Below, piece after piece: positions 1 to 9,866 of a stretch of 64,000 bases of DNA. Each line of letters starts with the position of its first letter. Position 1 is the stretch's first letter. Source of the DNA: an uncultured Thermoleophilaceae bacterium (GTDB lineage: Bacteria; Actinomycetota; Thermoleophilia; Solirubrobacterales; Thermoleophilaceae); contig CAWEXB010000001.1 in assembly GCA_963812915.1 (NCBI GenBank), positions 156,244-220,243 on the forward strand, in the 5' to 3' direction. The notes beneath the pieces are model-generated. The model searched no databases and had not been told where the DNA came from. It was given only the letters and a program-made list of their open reading frames with translations. A program made the position numbers and the translations under genes.

Positions 1-116
1 TCGACCTCGAGCGGCGGCGGAGGAGGGGGTGGGGGCGGCGGCTGGACCCCGCCCTGGGCGTGGGCGACCGCCGGCAGGGCCGCAACGACGGCCAGGCATA
101 TGAGGATGATCAGCAA
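1..116 (-). CDS. N-terminal fragment of a secreted proline-rich protein (continues past the window start)
   Basis: The minus-strand frame reads (L/M)LIILICLAVVAALPAVAHA-QGGVQPPPPPPPPPPLEV: a hydrophobic signal core, an AxA-type cleavage site, then poly-Pro. A TTG start at 116 is possible. It is truncated, so it is absent from the ORF track. Confidence 0.3.
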   Translation of the reverse strand, partial: MLIILICLAVVAALPAVAHAQGGVQPPPPPPPPPPLEV

Positions 117-325
117 GAGCGGGCTGGGCTTCGGGTGAGCGGCGATGCAGGGTATCGCCGGGCCCCGGGAGAAACACCACTGAATGCCCAGGGTTGCGCA
201 TTCCTCGCGCGGGTACGACTGCTACCGTGAGCCCCCGCGACCGGCGTCCCAGCGCCGGTCAAGCTGCGCCGGACCCCCGCCCGCTCGTCGGCCGTGATGC
301 GCGCGGGCGCCCTTTGAGTCGACTC

Positions 326-1285
326 ATGAACCGACGTCTCGCGCTCATCCAAGCACTCGTATCGCTGATCGCGCTGGCGGCCGTCGTCTGGTGGGCGAGG
401 GGGCAGGAGCCGCCCGAGCTGCCCAGCGGCGGCGAGGCGATCGCCTGGTTGGTCGGCGCCCTGGTCTTCTACTCCGTCGCGACGCTGCTGCGCGGCGAAC
501 GTTGGCACCACATCCTGCGGATCACCGGTGTGGACGCCCACCGCAGCGATTGCTACGCGCTCACCACCGTCGGCTACATGGGCAACAACGTGCTCCCCGC
601 TCGCGCGGGGGAGGCGCTTCGCGTCGTGCTGATGTCGACCCGGTGTGACGCGACCAAGCGCACGCTGCTGGGCTCGGTGGTCGCCGAGCGTCTGCTCGAC
701 GCAATCGCCCTCGCCTCGATCTTCCTGATTGTCGTCTACGGCGTGCTCAGCTCCACGGTGCTCCCCACCGACCGGCCGCTGCTGTTCGCCGCCTTCGCCG
801 TGGTCGCGCTGCTGCTCGGCTGCCTCGCCGTCTACGTGCTGCGTCGGCACCACGTGTTCGAGCGCGCTCGCACGTGGCTGCGCCCGCTCGCCGACGCTCC
901 ACGCGCCCTGCTGAGCCGCGAGGGCGCTGTGCTGCTCGCGGGCACCTTCGTGCTCTGGGCGCTGGAGGCGGCCGTGTACCTGTCCGTTGCCCGCGCGGTC
1001 GACCTCGACATCAGCGGAATGGGCGCCCTCTATCTGGTGGCGCTCACGAACTTCTTCGCGGCGCTGCCGGCAGCGCCCGGCTCGATCGGTACCTTCGACG
1101 CCGCCGTGGTCTTCGGCTCCAAGGCAATCGGGGCGAGCGGATCCGCCGCCGTCTCCTACCTCTTGACCCTGCGCTTCGTGCTCTACGTGCCCATCACGGT
1201 CGTGGGCTTCGTCGTCCTGGTCGCCCGCTACGGCGGCTGGTCGCGCCTGCGTTCCGCCGTCCGGCTCGAGGCGAGCCGCGCGTAG
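326..1285 (+). CDS. Flippase-like / lysylphosphatidylglycerol-synthase TM-region family (UPF0104) membrane protein
   Basis: Lies in ORF 194..1285; the internal ATG at 326 gives MNRRLALIQALVSLIALAAVVWW. It has multiple TM stretches and the GNNVLPARAGEALRV motif typical of this family. Confidence 0.7.
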   Translation: MNRRLALIQALVSLIALAAVVWWARGQEPPELPSGGEAIAWLVGALVFYSVATLLRGERWHHILRITGVDAHRSDCYALTTVGYMGNNVLPARAGEALRVVLMSTRCDATKRTLLGSVVAERLLDAIALASIFLIVVYGVLSSTVLPTDRPLLFAAFAVVALLLGCLAVYVLRRHHVFERARTWLRPLADAPRALLSREGAVLLAGTFVLWALEAAVYLSVARAVDLDISGMGALYLVALTNFFAALPAAPGSIGTFDAAVVFGSKAIGASGSAAVSYLLTLRFVLYVPITVVGFVVLVARYGGWSRLRSAVRLEASRA

Positions 1286-1422
1286 CCACAAGAGCGATGC
1301 GGGCGCCGGCAGCACAGCTCCGCTCCCTCCGCCGGCGGGAGCTCGCGCTCCCCACCACGACCGGGGCGCGACGAGGCGACGCGGCGGACGCCGCCGGCGG
1401 AGGCGGTCCACGCGGCGCGCCG

Positions 1423-2877
1423 ATGGTCTGGATCCTGCTGGGATGCCTCGCGGTCTCGGCCGTCACGCTCGCCTATCCGACCACACCCACCTACGACCCG
1501 TGGGCGTGGGTCCTGTGGGGCCGGGAGATCGTCCAGCTGGACCTCGTCACCACGGGCGGTCCGTCCTGGAAGCCGCTCCCGATCCTCTTCACGGCGCCGT
1601 TCTCGCTGCTCGGCGACGACCTCGCGCCCTACCTCTGGGTGTGGATCGCGCGGGCGGGCGGTCTGCTCGGCTGCGTGATGGCGTTCAGGGTGGCGCGCCG
1701 CCTGATCGGCGGCGGCCCGTACGGCGCACTCGCGGGTGTGGCGGCCGGCGCCGCGCTCTTCTCGAGCAACAAGTACGTGCGCGACGCCGCGCTCGGAAAC
1801 TCCGAGCCGCTGCTCGCGGCCCTCTCGCTGTGGGCCTTCGAGCGACACCTCGACGGCCGCCGGGACCACGCCCTCTACCTGGGCGTCGCCTGCGCCCTGC
1901 TGCGGCCTGAGGTCTGGCCGTTCCTGGGTTTGTACGGGCTCTGGCTCTGGTTCCAGGAGCCGCAGCTGCGCGCGCGGATGGTGGGCTTCGCCGCGCTCAT
2001 CCCCGCGCTTTGGTTCCTGCCGGAGTGGTGGGGCTCCGGCGACCCGTTCCGCGCCGGCGAGCGCGCCAACGCGCCGAACCCGGGCAGCGCCGCCTACGCA
2101 GCCTCGCCCGCGATCGAGCTGGTGAAACGGCACTTCGGGGTCACCATTGCGCCGGTCGAGGCCGGAACCCTCGTCGCCACCGCATACGCGGGCGTGATGT
2201 GGGTCCGTCGCCGCCGCGAGGGGCCCACCGTCGCCTTGGCGCTGGGCGGGTTCGCCTGGTTGGCGCTCGTCGCGGTGATGACGGAGGCCGGCTTCGCCGG
2301 CAACCAGCGCTACCTCATCGTGACGACCGCCGTGATGTGCGTGCTCGGCGGGATGGGCGCGGTGCGCCTGCTCCAGGGGGTCGAGTGGGCCGCCGTCCGG
2401 CTGACGGGCAACCTGCGAACCGGGGCGGTGGCCGCCGCGGTTGCCTTCGTGCTCGGCGTGGCCATCTCCACGCCGACGATCGTGGCCAAGTGGGACAACA
2501 CCCGCCGTGTCAACGGCGGCCTCGAGCACGAGGCCTACCTCTGGCACGACATGAAGAGGCTGATCGACGACGCCGGCGGCAAGGACCGGCTGCTCGCCTG
2601 TGGCCGCGTCTTCAGCGGCCCGTTCCAGATCCAGATGGTCGCCTACGAGCTCGGCCTCCACGGGATCGAGGTCGGCTGGAAGGAGACCCCCGCGCCCGGC
2701 GTGGTGTTCCGAACGCGGACGGTGCCGGACGGGCCGCTCGTGACGAAGCCCACCGACGACCGCTTCCGGCTCGTCGATCAGGCCGGCAAGTGGCGCGTAT
2801 TGACCGTCCCGCCCACGGGAGACCGGGGCGGCTGTCCCGCCGCCAGCCCGAACACCCCGACCGCCGCGGCTTTGTGA
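1423..2877 (+). CDS. Polytopic membrane protein, GT-C-fold glycosyltransferase-like
   Basis: Lies in ORF 874..2877. The coding-looking part starts at ATG 1423 (MVWILLGCLAVSAV; alternative ATG 1297). It has many TM helices followed by a soluble C-terminal domain. The exact family was not identified. Confidence 0.55.
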   Translation: MVWILLGCLAVSAVTLAYPTTPTYDPWAWVLWGREIVQLDLVTTGGPSWKPLPILFTAPFSLLGDDLAPYLWVWIARAGGLLGCVMAFRVARRLIGGGPYGALAGVAAGAALFSSNKYVRDAALGNSEPLLAALSLWAFERHLDGRRDHALYLGVACALLRPEVWPFLGLYGLWLWFQEPQLRARMVGFAALIPALWFLPEWWGSGDPFRAGERANAPNPGSAAYAASPAIELVKRHFGVTIAPVEAGTLVATAYAGVMWVRRRREGPTVALALGGFAWLALVAVMTEAGFAGNQRYLIVTTAVMCVLGGMGAVRLLQGVEWAAVRLTGNLRTGAVAAAVAFVLGVAISTPTIVAKWDNTRRVNGGLEHEAYLWHDMKRLIDDAGGKDRLLACGRVFSGPFQIQMVAYELGLHGIEVGWKETPAPGVVFRTRTVPDGPLVTKPTDDRFRLVDQAGKWRVLTVPPTGDRGGCPAASPNTPTAAAL

Positions 2878-2901
2878 GACCGGCTCACTAGGATCGCCAG
2901 G

Positions 2902-4479
2902 TTGGCAAGCGTCGCCTCGACTGCCCGCGCCCTGCCCAGGATCGGCTCGTTGCCGGCCAGCTTCGTCATGCCGACGGCGATCGTGCTCGGCCTCCTCGTC
3001 GTCTCGCTCTACCTGCGAACGGACTCGCTGGGCGAGTCGCTCTGGATGGACGAGGGCCTCTCGATCGGGATCTCCTCGCAGCCGCTCTTCGACATCCCCG
3101 GCGTGCTGCGGGTGGACGGCTCGCCGCCCTTCTACTACATGCTCCTGTCGGTCTGGATGGACGTCTTCGGCGACGGCCCGGCCGAGACCCAGGGCCTGTC
3201 GGTTGCGATCGCGCTCGTCTCCATTCCGGGCGGGCTGTGGGCGGGCTGGAGCCTCTTCGGGCGCCGGGCGGGCCTGATCTGCGCGGCGCTGTGCGCCGTC
3301 AATCCGTTCCTCACCGGGTACGCGCAGGAGACCCGCATGTACTCGCTGATGCTGGTCCTCTCGCTGCTCGCCACGGCCGCGTTCCTGCACGTCTTCGCGT
3401 ACGGGCGGCGCGGCTATCTGCCGCTCTTCTTCGTCCTGCTGGCGCTGATGCTCTACACGCACAACTGGGGCCTCTTCCTCGCCGCCGGCTTGGTGTGCGC
3501 CCTAGTGCCCTGCTGGTACGTGTCGGAGAACCGCCACAGCTTCTGGCGCGACGCCGTGATCGGCTTCGGCGGGGCCGGCCTCCTGTACCTGCCCTGGGTG
3601 CCCACCCTCCTCCACCAGATCCAGCACACCGGCGCGCCCTGGCTCAACCCGCCGAACTTCGGCGCGCCGGTACAGATCACTCGCAACCTGCTCGGCGGCG
3701 GCACGCCGACGGTGGCGTTGGCCCTGGCGGGGGGCTCGGGAATCGTGGCGGTCATACAGCGGCGCGTGGACGACAAGGAGCGCACGGCCCTGCTGGCGGG
3801 AGCGGTGGTCGTGCTCGCCACGCTGGCCGTGGCCTGGCTCTTCTCCCAGGTCTCGCCCGCCTGGACCACGCGCTACCTCGGAGTGCTGCTCGGTCCGATG
3901 CTGCTGCTCGGCGCGCTCGGCCTGGCGCGCGCGGGCGCGCTCGGCCTGGTCGCGCTCGTGGTCATCCTCGCGATCTGGGCGGTCCCGAAAAGCTACGGAC
4001 TCGAGAACAAGTCGAACGCGTCCGACCTGCGCAGGGCGGCCGTGCCCGAGCTTCAGGAAGGGGACCTCGTCGTATCGATGCAGCCCGAGCAGACGCCGCT
4101 GCTCGCCTACCACCTGGAGGACCTCGGAGGGGCGCCGGACCTCAGGTTCGCCACGCCGCTCGGGGCGGTCGAGAACGAGCGCGTGATGGACTGGACCGAC
4201 GGCCACGAACGCATGCTGGACGCAACGCCCGGCGGCAACCTGGAACCCCTGCTCGACGAGCTGCCCCGGGGCGGGCGGGTGCTCCTCGTCCATCCCGTCA
4301 CGCTGCGCGCCGACGACTGGGACGCGCCCTGGACCCAACTGGTCAGGCGGCGCTCGGCCCAGTGGGGCGCGGCGCTCGCCTCGGATGATCGCTTCGAGTT
4401 CGTCGACGCCGTGCCTCCCACATTCCGCCGCGCCACACGCATCGGCGTCCGCGGCGTGATCTACGAGAAGACCGGATGA
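2902..4479 (+). CDS. GT-C membrane glycosyltransferase, family 39/83-like (ArnT/PMT-like)
   Basis: 525 aa with a TTG start. The N-terminal half is polytopic, with an early acidic loop (SLWMDEGLSIG) as in lipid-linked-sugar transferases, and the C-terminal domain is soluble. The stop overlaps the next start (ATGA at 4476). Confidence 0.65.
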   Translation: MASVASTARALPRIGSLPASFVMPTAIVLGLLVVSLYLRTDSLGESLWMDEGLSIGISSQPLFDIPGVLRVDGSPPFYYMLLSVWMDVFGDGPAETQGLSVAIALVSIPGGLWAGWSLFGRRAGLICAALCAVNPFLTGYAQETRMYSLMLVLSLLATAAFLHVFAYGRRGYLPLFFVLLALMLYTHNWGLFLAAGLVCALVPCWYVSENRHSFWRDAVIGFGGAGLLYLPWVPTLLHQIQHTGAPWLNPPNFGAPVQITRNLLGGGTPTVALALAGGSGIVAVIQRRVDDKERTALLAGAVVVLATLAVAWLFSQVSPAWTTRYLGVLLGPMLLLGALGLARAGALGLVALVVILAIWAVPKSYGLENKSNASDLRRAAVPELQEGDLVVSMQPEQTPLLAYHLEDLGGAPDLRFATPLGAVENERVMDWTDGHERMLDATPGGNLEPLLDELPRGGRVLLVHPVTLRADDWDAPWTQLVRRRSAQWGAALASDDRFEFVDAVPPTFRRATRIGVRGVIYEKTG

Positions 4480-5982
4480 ACGACGGCAAGCCGAAGACAG
4501 AGCTCGCGCGCCCGGAGATGCGCGAAAAGCCAACCGTCATCCTCGGCGCCGGTCCGGCCGGACTCACCGCGGGCTACCTGCTGGTCAAGCAGGGGCTGCC
4601 GGTGATCGTGCTCGAGGCCGAGAACCAGGTCGGCGGCATCGCCAAGACCGCGGTCCGCGACGGCTACCGCTTCGATCTAGGCGGACACCGCTTCTTCACG
4701 AAGGTCGGGAGAGGTCGACGACCTCTGGCACGAGATCATGCGCGAGGAGTTCCTGAAGCGCCCGCGGATGTCGCGCATCTACTGGAACAAGAAGTTCCTC
4801 GACTACCCGTTGCGGGGCCCGGACGTGATCAAGAAGCTGGGGCCGGTGGACCTCACGAAGGCCCTGCTCTCGTACCTCTGGGCGCGCGTCAAGCCGAAGG
4901 GCCGCGAGGACACCTTCGAGCAGTGGGTCACGAACCGCTTCGGCCGCTGGCTCTTCAACCAGTTCTTCAAGTCCTACACGGAGAAGCTGTGGGGCGTGTC
5001 GACCTCCGAGATCCGCTCCGACTGGGCGGCGCAGCGGATCAAGGGCCTCTCGTTCTTCAGCGCGGCGAAGTCGGCGTTCTTCGGCAACCGCGGCGACAAG
5101 ATCAAGAGCCTGATCTCGGAGTTCCACTACCCGCGCTACGGCCCCGGGCAGATGTGGGAGACGATGACCGACGACATCCGCAGGCTCGGAGGCCAGGTGC
5201 TGCTCGAGCACAAGGTCACGCGGCTCGACTTCGAGGGGGACCGCTGCGTGCGGGTTCACGTTGGCGAGAAGACCTTCGAGCCCTCCGCGGTCATCTCGTC
5301 CCTGCCGCTCCGCAACATGGTGGGCATCTCGCATCCGCATCCGCGGCCCGAGGTGGGGGCGGCCGCGAGTGGCATGCGCTACCGCGACTTCCTGACGGTC
5401 GCGGTGGTGCTCAACGGCGACGACATCTTTCCCGACAACTGGATCTACATCCATGAGCCGGACGTGGACGTCGGCCGGATCCAGAACTTCCGCTCCTGGA
5501 GCCCATGGATGGTGCCCGACCCCACCAAGGCCTGCGTCGGCCTGGAGTACTTCTGCTTCGCCGGCGACGACCTTTGGAACACGGACGACGACAAGCTGGT
5601 CGAGAAGGGCATGCGCGAGCTCGAGCAGCTCGGCCTCGCGAGGCGCGACCAGCTCGAGTTCGGCTTCGTCGAGAGGGTGCCGAAGGCCTACCCGATCTAC
5701 GACGCCGAGTACGCCGATCGGGTGCTCACGATCCGATCCTGGCTGGACGGTCTCGACAACTTCGTCCAGGTCGGCCGGAACGGTCTGCACCGCTACAACA
5801 ACTCCGACCACTCCATGCTCACCGCGATGCGCGCCGTGGACAACTTCGTGAAGGGCACGGACTACGACATCTGGGCGGTGAACGCCGAGTCCGTGTACCA
5901 CGAGGAGGAGAAGCAGGACGAGCAGCAGCCCTACATCGAGGCTCCGGAGACGGAGTCGATGAAGGAGCCCCTGCACGGCTGA
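4476..5982 (+). pseudogene. NAD(P)/FAD-dependent oxidoreductase (amine-oxidase/HemY-like fold), one frame break
   Basis: The N-terminus has a Rossmann GAGPAGLTAGY motif and GGHRFFTKV in ORF 4476..5456. The protein continues as EVDDLWHEIMREEFLKRPRMSRIYWNKKF in ORF 4738..5982. The break is at about 4707-4712 (gtcgggAgaggtc). Confidence 0.75.
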
Positions 5983-5998
5983 ACCGCCGCGTCGCGCG

Positions 5999-6823
5999 GT
6001 GCCGCCCTCCGCTCTCGCCCTCGCGCTCGGCGCCGCCGTCCTGCACGCCTCCTGGAACGTGCTGCTGGCGAGTGCGCGGGACAGCGAGGCCGCCACGGCC
6101 GTGGCGACGCTCGCCGGCGTGGCGCTGCTCGCTCCGGTGGCGATCGCGACGGGCGGCGTCGAAACCGCAGCGCTGCCGTTCGCCGCGGCCTCCGCCGCGC
6201 TGCACGTCGCCTACCTGGCGCTCCTGGCGCGCGCCTATCGCGGAGGTGAGATCAGCGTCGTCTACCCGGTCTCGCGAGGCGTCGCGCCCGTGCTCGTGCT
6301 CGCCGTCGGAGCGGCTGCTCTGGGGGAGGGTGCCTCCACCGTTCAGGTGGGGGGTGTGCTGGCCGTGTCGGCCGGGGTGTTCCTCGTGCAGTCCGGGGGG
6401 CCACTCCCCGGACGCCGCGACCTCCTCTTCGGCCTCACGATCGCCGCGGTGATCGCCGCCTACACGCTGGTGGACGCCGAAGGCGTCGAGCATTCGCGCG
6501 CCCCCGCCTACCTCGCCCTGCTGCTGTCGCCGGCCGCCGTGATCTACACGGCCGCGCTATGGATCGGCGGGCGCGGCCCCGAGCTGCGAGCCGAGCTGCG
6601 CCCCCGAGCGGCGGTAACCGGGCTGTTCATGGTCGCGGCGTACGGCGCCGTGCTCGGAGCGCTCCAGCTGGCCAGCGCAGCGCCGGTGGCCGCGGTGCGC
6701 GAGTCCGGCGTGGTGATCGCCGCCCTGATGGCGGCGGCGTTCCTGCACGAGCAGGTGGGCTCGAGGCGGCTGGGCGGCGCGGTGCTCGTGGCCGGGGGTG
6801 TGGCGGCGGTGGCGCTGGGGTGA
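5999..6823 (+). CDS. DMT/EamA-type membrane transporter
   Basis: 274 aa, about 9-10 hydrophobic helices, Ala/Leu/Gly-rich, with a two-halves organisation typical of the drug/metabolite transporter superfamily. GTG start. Confidence 0.6.
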   Translation: MPPSALALALGAAVLHASWNVLLASARDSEAATAVATLAGVALLAPVAIATGGVETAALPFAAASAALHVAYLALLARAYRGGEISVVYPVSRGVAPVLVLAVGAAALGEGASTVQVGGVLAVSAGVFLVQSGGPLPGRRDLLFGLTIAAVIAAYTLVDAEGVEHSRAPAYLALLLSPAAVIYTAALWIGGRGPELRAELRPRAAVTGLFMVAAYGAVLGALQLASAAPVAAVRESGVVIAALMAAAFLHEQVGSRRLGGAVLVAGGVAAVALG

Positions 6824-6905
6824 GGGCGTGACACTCGCCAGGCCGCGCCGGGCTCGGACCGGGTTGGGCTGGGTAAGGGGCCAGGTCCGGCCCGCTCGGC
6901 GGGTG

Positions 6906-6948
6906 CTTTGTTGCCTAGGGGGCAATATGTACCCCCTATCGAACAAAG
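6906..6948. terminator. AT-rich compound hairpin between convergent genes (possible bidirectional terminator)
   Basis: ctttgtt(6906-6912) pairs with aacaaag(6942-6948), and aggggg(6917-6922) pairs with ccccct(6932-6937), with loop caatatgta. It lies between the stops at 6823 (+) and 6962 (-). Confidence 0.4.
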
Positions 6949-6961
6949 TACGGCCGGCCCG

Positions 6962-8464
6962 CTACTCGTAATACGGCAGCGGCCCGCCCGCCGCCTCCAG
7001 CACGGTCTGATACAGCTCCTCGCTCACGCGGGGGTTCTGCTCGACGACGTTGTTGAACTCGTGGGGGTCCAGGCGCAGGTCGTACATGTGGCGCTCGAGG
7101 CCGCGGTTGTCGCCGATCAGGACCCAATCGTCGGTGCGGATGTAGAAGCGGTTGTACATGCCTCCGTAGTGGTACTCGCGCCGCTCCGACGGCTGCTCGC
7201 CGTGGAGGAGCGTGGAGAGGTCCGTTCCCTCCATCCAGCCGGGGCGGTCGATGCCGATCATCGAGAGCAGCGTCGGGCCGACGTCGTGGGTGGAGGCGAA
7301 GTACTGGCTCACCTCGCCTGCGGCCCTGTTGTCCGGGGTGACGATTATCAGCGGGACCTGCGCCAGCTCCGGGTGGAGCTGGGACGGGACCTTGCCGGTG
7401 TAGCCGCGTTCGCCCAGCAGGTAGCCGTGGTCGCTCAGAAGCAGGATCACCGTGTTCTCCTGGAGGCCGAGCTCGTAGAAGCGGTTCATGAAGTGGCCCA
7501 GCCAGCGGTCGGTCATCGTCGTCTCGGCCGCGTAGACCGCGTGCAGCCGACGCAGCTGCTCCTGCGAGAAGTGTGAGAAGCCGTAGCGGGTCACGCCGAT
7601 CTCCGGGCCGCGGTAGTCCGGGTCGCCGTACATGTCGATGTACTTACGCGGCGGACTCCAAGGCTCGTGGGGGTCGAAGCAGTCGACGGTCAGCGCGAAC
7701 GGCTGTCTCAGCCGCGCCTCCTCGAGCAGGTCGGCGGAGTTCTTGTAGAGGCGGGCGGCGCAGGTCTCCTCCTCGTCGACCCCGGCGCCGGTGTTGGCGA
7801 GGTACTTGCGCATCCCGGGCATGTAGCGCTCGTCACGCAGCTGAGGAGGCAGCCACTGCCTCACCACCCGCCAGGGCACCGTCTCGGGCGGCTTGTAGAA
7901 GCCCGACTGCCCCACGATCGACGTCCACTTGTCGAAGCTCTGCCGGAACGGCTCGAACGCGTTGGCAAAGGCGAGGTGTGGGTTGTCGCTCACCTGCGCG
8001 ACCCAGTAGCCCGCGTTCCGCAGCACCGAGGTGAAGGTCCGCTCCGTGTCGTCGATCGGCAGCCAGCCGGGGCTCTTCCCGAGCTCAGGATTGGGGACGA
8101 AGTTGCGGAAGGGGAAGATCCGCCTGCAGGTGAAGATGGAGCGACGGGCGGGGATCGTGACCATGGCCTCTGGAAAGGCCCGGTTGAAGCGCAGGCCGCG
8201 GTTCGCGAGTGAGTCGACGTTCGGCGTCTGAATCTGGGGGGACCCGTACGCCCCCACGTGGTCGGGGCGCAGGCTGTCGATGATCAGCAGCAGCACGTTC
8301 ATGCGACCGGTCGCGCCGCTCTCCTCGATGCTGCACCCGAGCGTGGGCAGCAGCGCGACGCCGGCCGCCCCTGCGGCGCCGGCCTGGATGAAGCGGCGGC
8401 GGCTCAGCTGCGCGTCCGCGCGCCGGCCGCCGCGACTACGCGCTGCTTCGCCGAGCTCGTTCAT
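6962..8464 (-). CDS. Sulfatase-family (alkaline-phosphatase superfamily) hydrolase/transferase with a Tat-type signal
   Basis: 500 aa. It has a twin-arginine SRRRFIQAGAAGAAGVALLP signal and the metal-site motif LLIIDSLRPDHVGAYG. The nucleophile region is TIPARRSIFT, with Thr where sulfatases have Cys/Ser. Confidence 0.8.
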   Translation of the reverse strand: MNELGEAARSRGGRRADAQLSRRRFIQAGAAGAAGVALLPTLGCSIEESGATGRMNVLLLIIDSLRPDHVGAYGSPQIQTPNVDSLANRGLRFNRAFPEAMVTIPARRSIFTCRRIFPFRNFVPNPELGKSPGWLPIDDTERTFTSVLRNAGYWVAQVSDNPHLAFANAFEPFRQSFDKWTSIVGQSGFYKPPETVPWRVVRQWLPPQLRDERYMPGMRKYLANTGAGVDEEETCAARLYKNSADLLEEARLRQPFALTVDCFDPHEPWSPPRKYIDMYGDPDYRGPEIGVTRYGFSHFSQEQLRRLHAVYAAETTMTDRWLGHFMNRFYELGLQENTVILLLSDHGYLLGERGYTGKVPSQLHPELAQVPLIIVTPDNRAAGEVSQYFASTHDVGPTLLSMIGIDRPGWMEGTDLSTLLHGEQPSERREYHYGGMYNRFYIRTDDWVLIGDNRGLERHMYDLRLDPHEFNNVVEQNPRVSEELYQTVLEAAGGPLPYYE

Positions 8465-8636
8465 GGTCTTTCAGGGGAGGCCCGCGATTCGCTCCCGCGG
8501 CCCGTGCCTGCGCCGCTGCGCAAGATTCCTTGCAGAGTGGCAGTTCTGGCGCAGGCTCTCGGATCACGAGATAGGTTTCGCGCGGGATTTTGAGGGGAAT
8601 TCTGCGTATCTGGGGCGAATCCTGGGAATAGCGGTC

Positions 8637-9866
8637 TTGATCGTCCTGCTTGCGGTTCCGGCTGCCGCCTCCGCGCAGCTCCCGGCGCCCGGGCCGCTGC
8701 TGGCGCCCGAGTTCGCCGCCGAGCCCGCGCAGGTTCCCGGCGGGCCCGCCGGCAGGTACCCGGAGGACTGGGCGAGGTGCGTCGCGGCGAATGCGGCGCC
8801 GCCACCCGCCCTCCCGCTCGGAATCGATCCGCGCGGCGTGGATCCGGCCTCGCCGAACCCGCTGCTCGGCCTGCGCTGGTTCGTCGACCGCATGGAGCCG
8901 GCATATACCCAATGGCGCGAATGGAGGCGCGCCGGCGACCTGGTGAGGGCGAGCACGATCTGGCGCCTTGCGCGCCAGCCCAAGTTCCGCTGGTTCGGAA
9001 GGTTCACGAGACCGCGGATGATGAAGAAGGTGCGCGGCTTCCTCCACCGCGTGCAATGCGACCAGCCGGGCACGGTGCCGCAGCTCGCGATCCTGCGGGC
9101 GGAGTCCAACAAGTGCGGCCCGGGGTACGTCGGCGGTGGCCCGAAGGAGGACGCCCGCACGCGCAGGTGGTACCGCAACTTCGCGTCGGCGATCGGTAGC
9201 GCTCGGGTCGTAATCGGCTTCGAGGTCGACTCCCTCGGCACGATCGACTGCCTTGCCGAGCACCGTCGCGACGATCGACTGCAGCTGCTGCGGTACGGGG
9301 TCGACGTCCTCTCGCAGCTGCCGAACGCCACGATCTATCTCGAGGCGGGAGCCTCCGACTGGGAGCCGGCGGAGAGGACCGCGAAGAAGCTGCGCATCAT
9401 CGGCGTGCACAAGGTGCGCGGCTTCATGCTGAACGTGACGCACCACGACTGGACGCAGGCGAACATCGCCTACGGGCTCGAGGTGTCCGAGCTCGTGGGC
9501 GGCAAGCCGTTCGTCGTCAGCACCGCCTTCAACGGCCGCGGGCCGCTCCACTACCGCCGCTGGATCGACCGCGGCCGCCGCCAGTGGCGGCGCATCAACG
9601 TCTGGTGTCATCCAGGCCTCCGCGGGCTCGGCCCGGAGCCCACGACGCTCACGGCGCACCCGAAGGTGGACGCCTACCTCTACATCAGCCGCCCGGGCTA
9701 CTCGGGCGGCTCGTGCAACGGCGGGCCGCTGCCGGTTGGCACCTGGTGGGCCGAGCGCGCCCTGATGTACGCGCGCTATGCGACCGACTGGCAGTCGCCG
9801 CCGCCCGGCACCAACCACGGCCACCACGAGCGCCTCACGCTCGGTCAGCTCGGCGCTTTCGATTAG
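8637..9866 (+). CDS. Glycoside hydrolase family 6-like secreted protein (start uncertain)
   Basis: Lies in ORF 8280..9866. Motifs are VVIGFEVDSLGT (a variant of the GH6 EPD signature), YLEAGASDW, GFMLNVTHH and YISRPGYSGGSCNG, plus a signal-like LGIAVLIVLLAVPAAASAQ. Candidate starts are TTG 8637, CTG 8610 or ATG 8463. Confidence 0.6.
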   Translation: MIVLLAVPAAASAQLPAPGPLLAPEFAAEPAQVPGGPAGRYPEDWARCVAANAAPPPALPLGIDPRGVDPASPNPLLGLRWFVDRMEPAYTQWREWRRAGDLVRASTIWRLARQPKFRWFGRFTRPRMMKKVRGFLHRVQCDQPGTVPQLAILRAESNKCGPGYVGGGPKEDARTRRWYRNFASAIGSARVVIGFEVDSLGTIDCLAEHRRDDRLQLLRYGVDVLSQLPNATIYLEAGASDWEPAERTAKKLRIIGVHKVRGFMLNVTHHDWTQANIAYGLEVSELVGGKPFVVSTAFNGRGPLHYRRWIDRGRRQWRRINVWCHPGLRGLGPEPTTLTAHPKVDAYLYISRPGYSGGSCNGGPLPVGTWWAERALMYARYATDWQSPPPGTNHGHHERLTLGQLGAFD

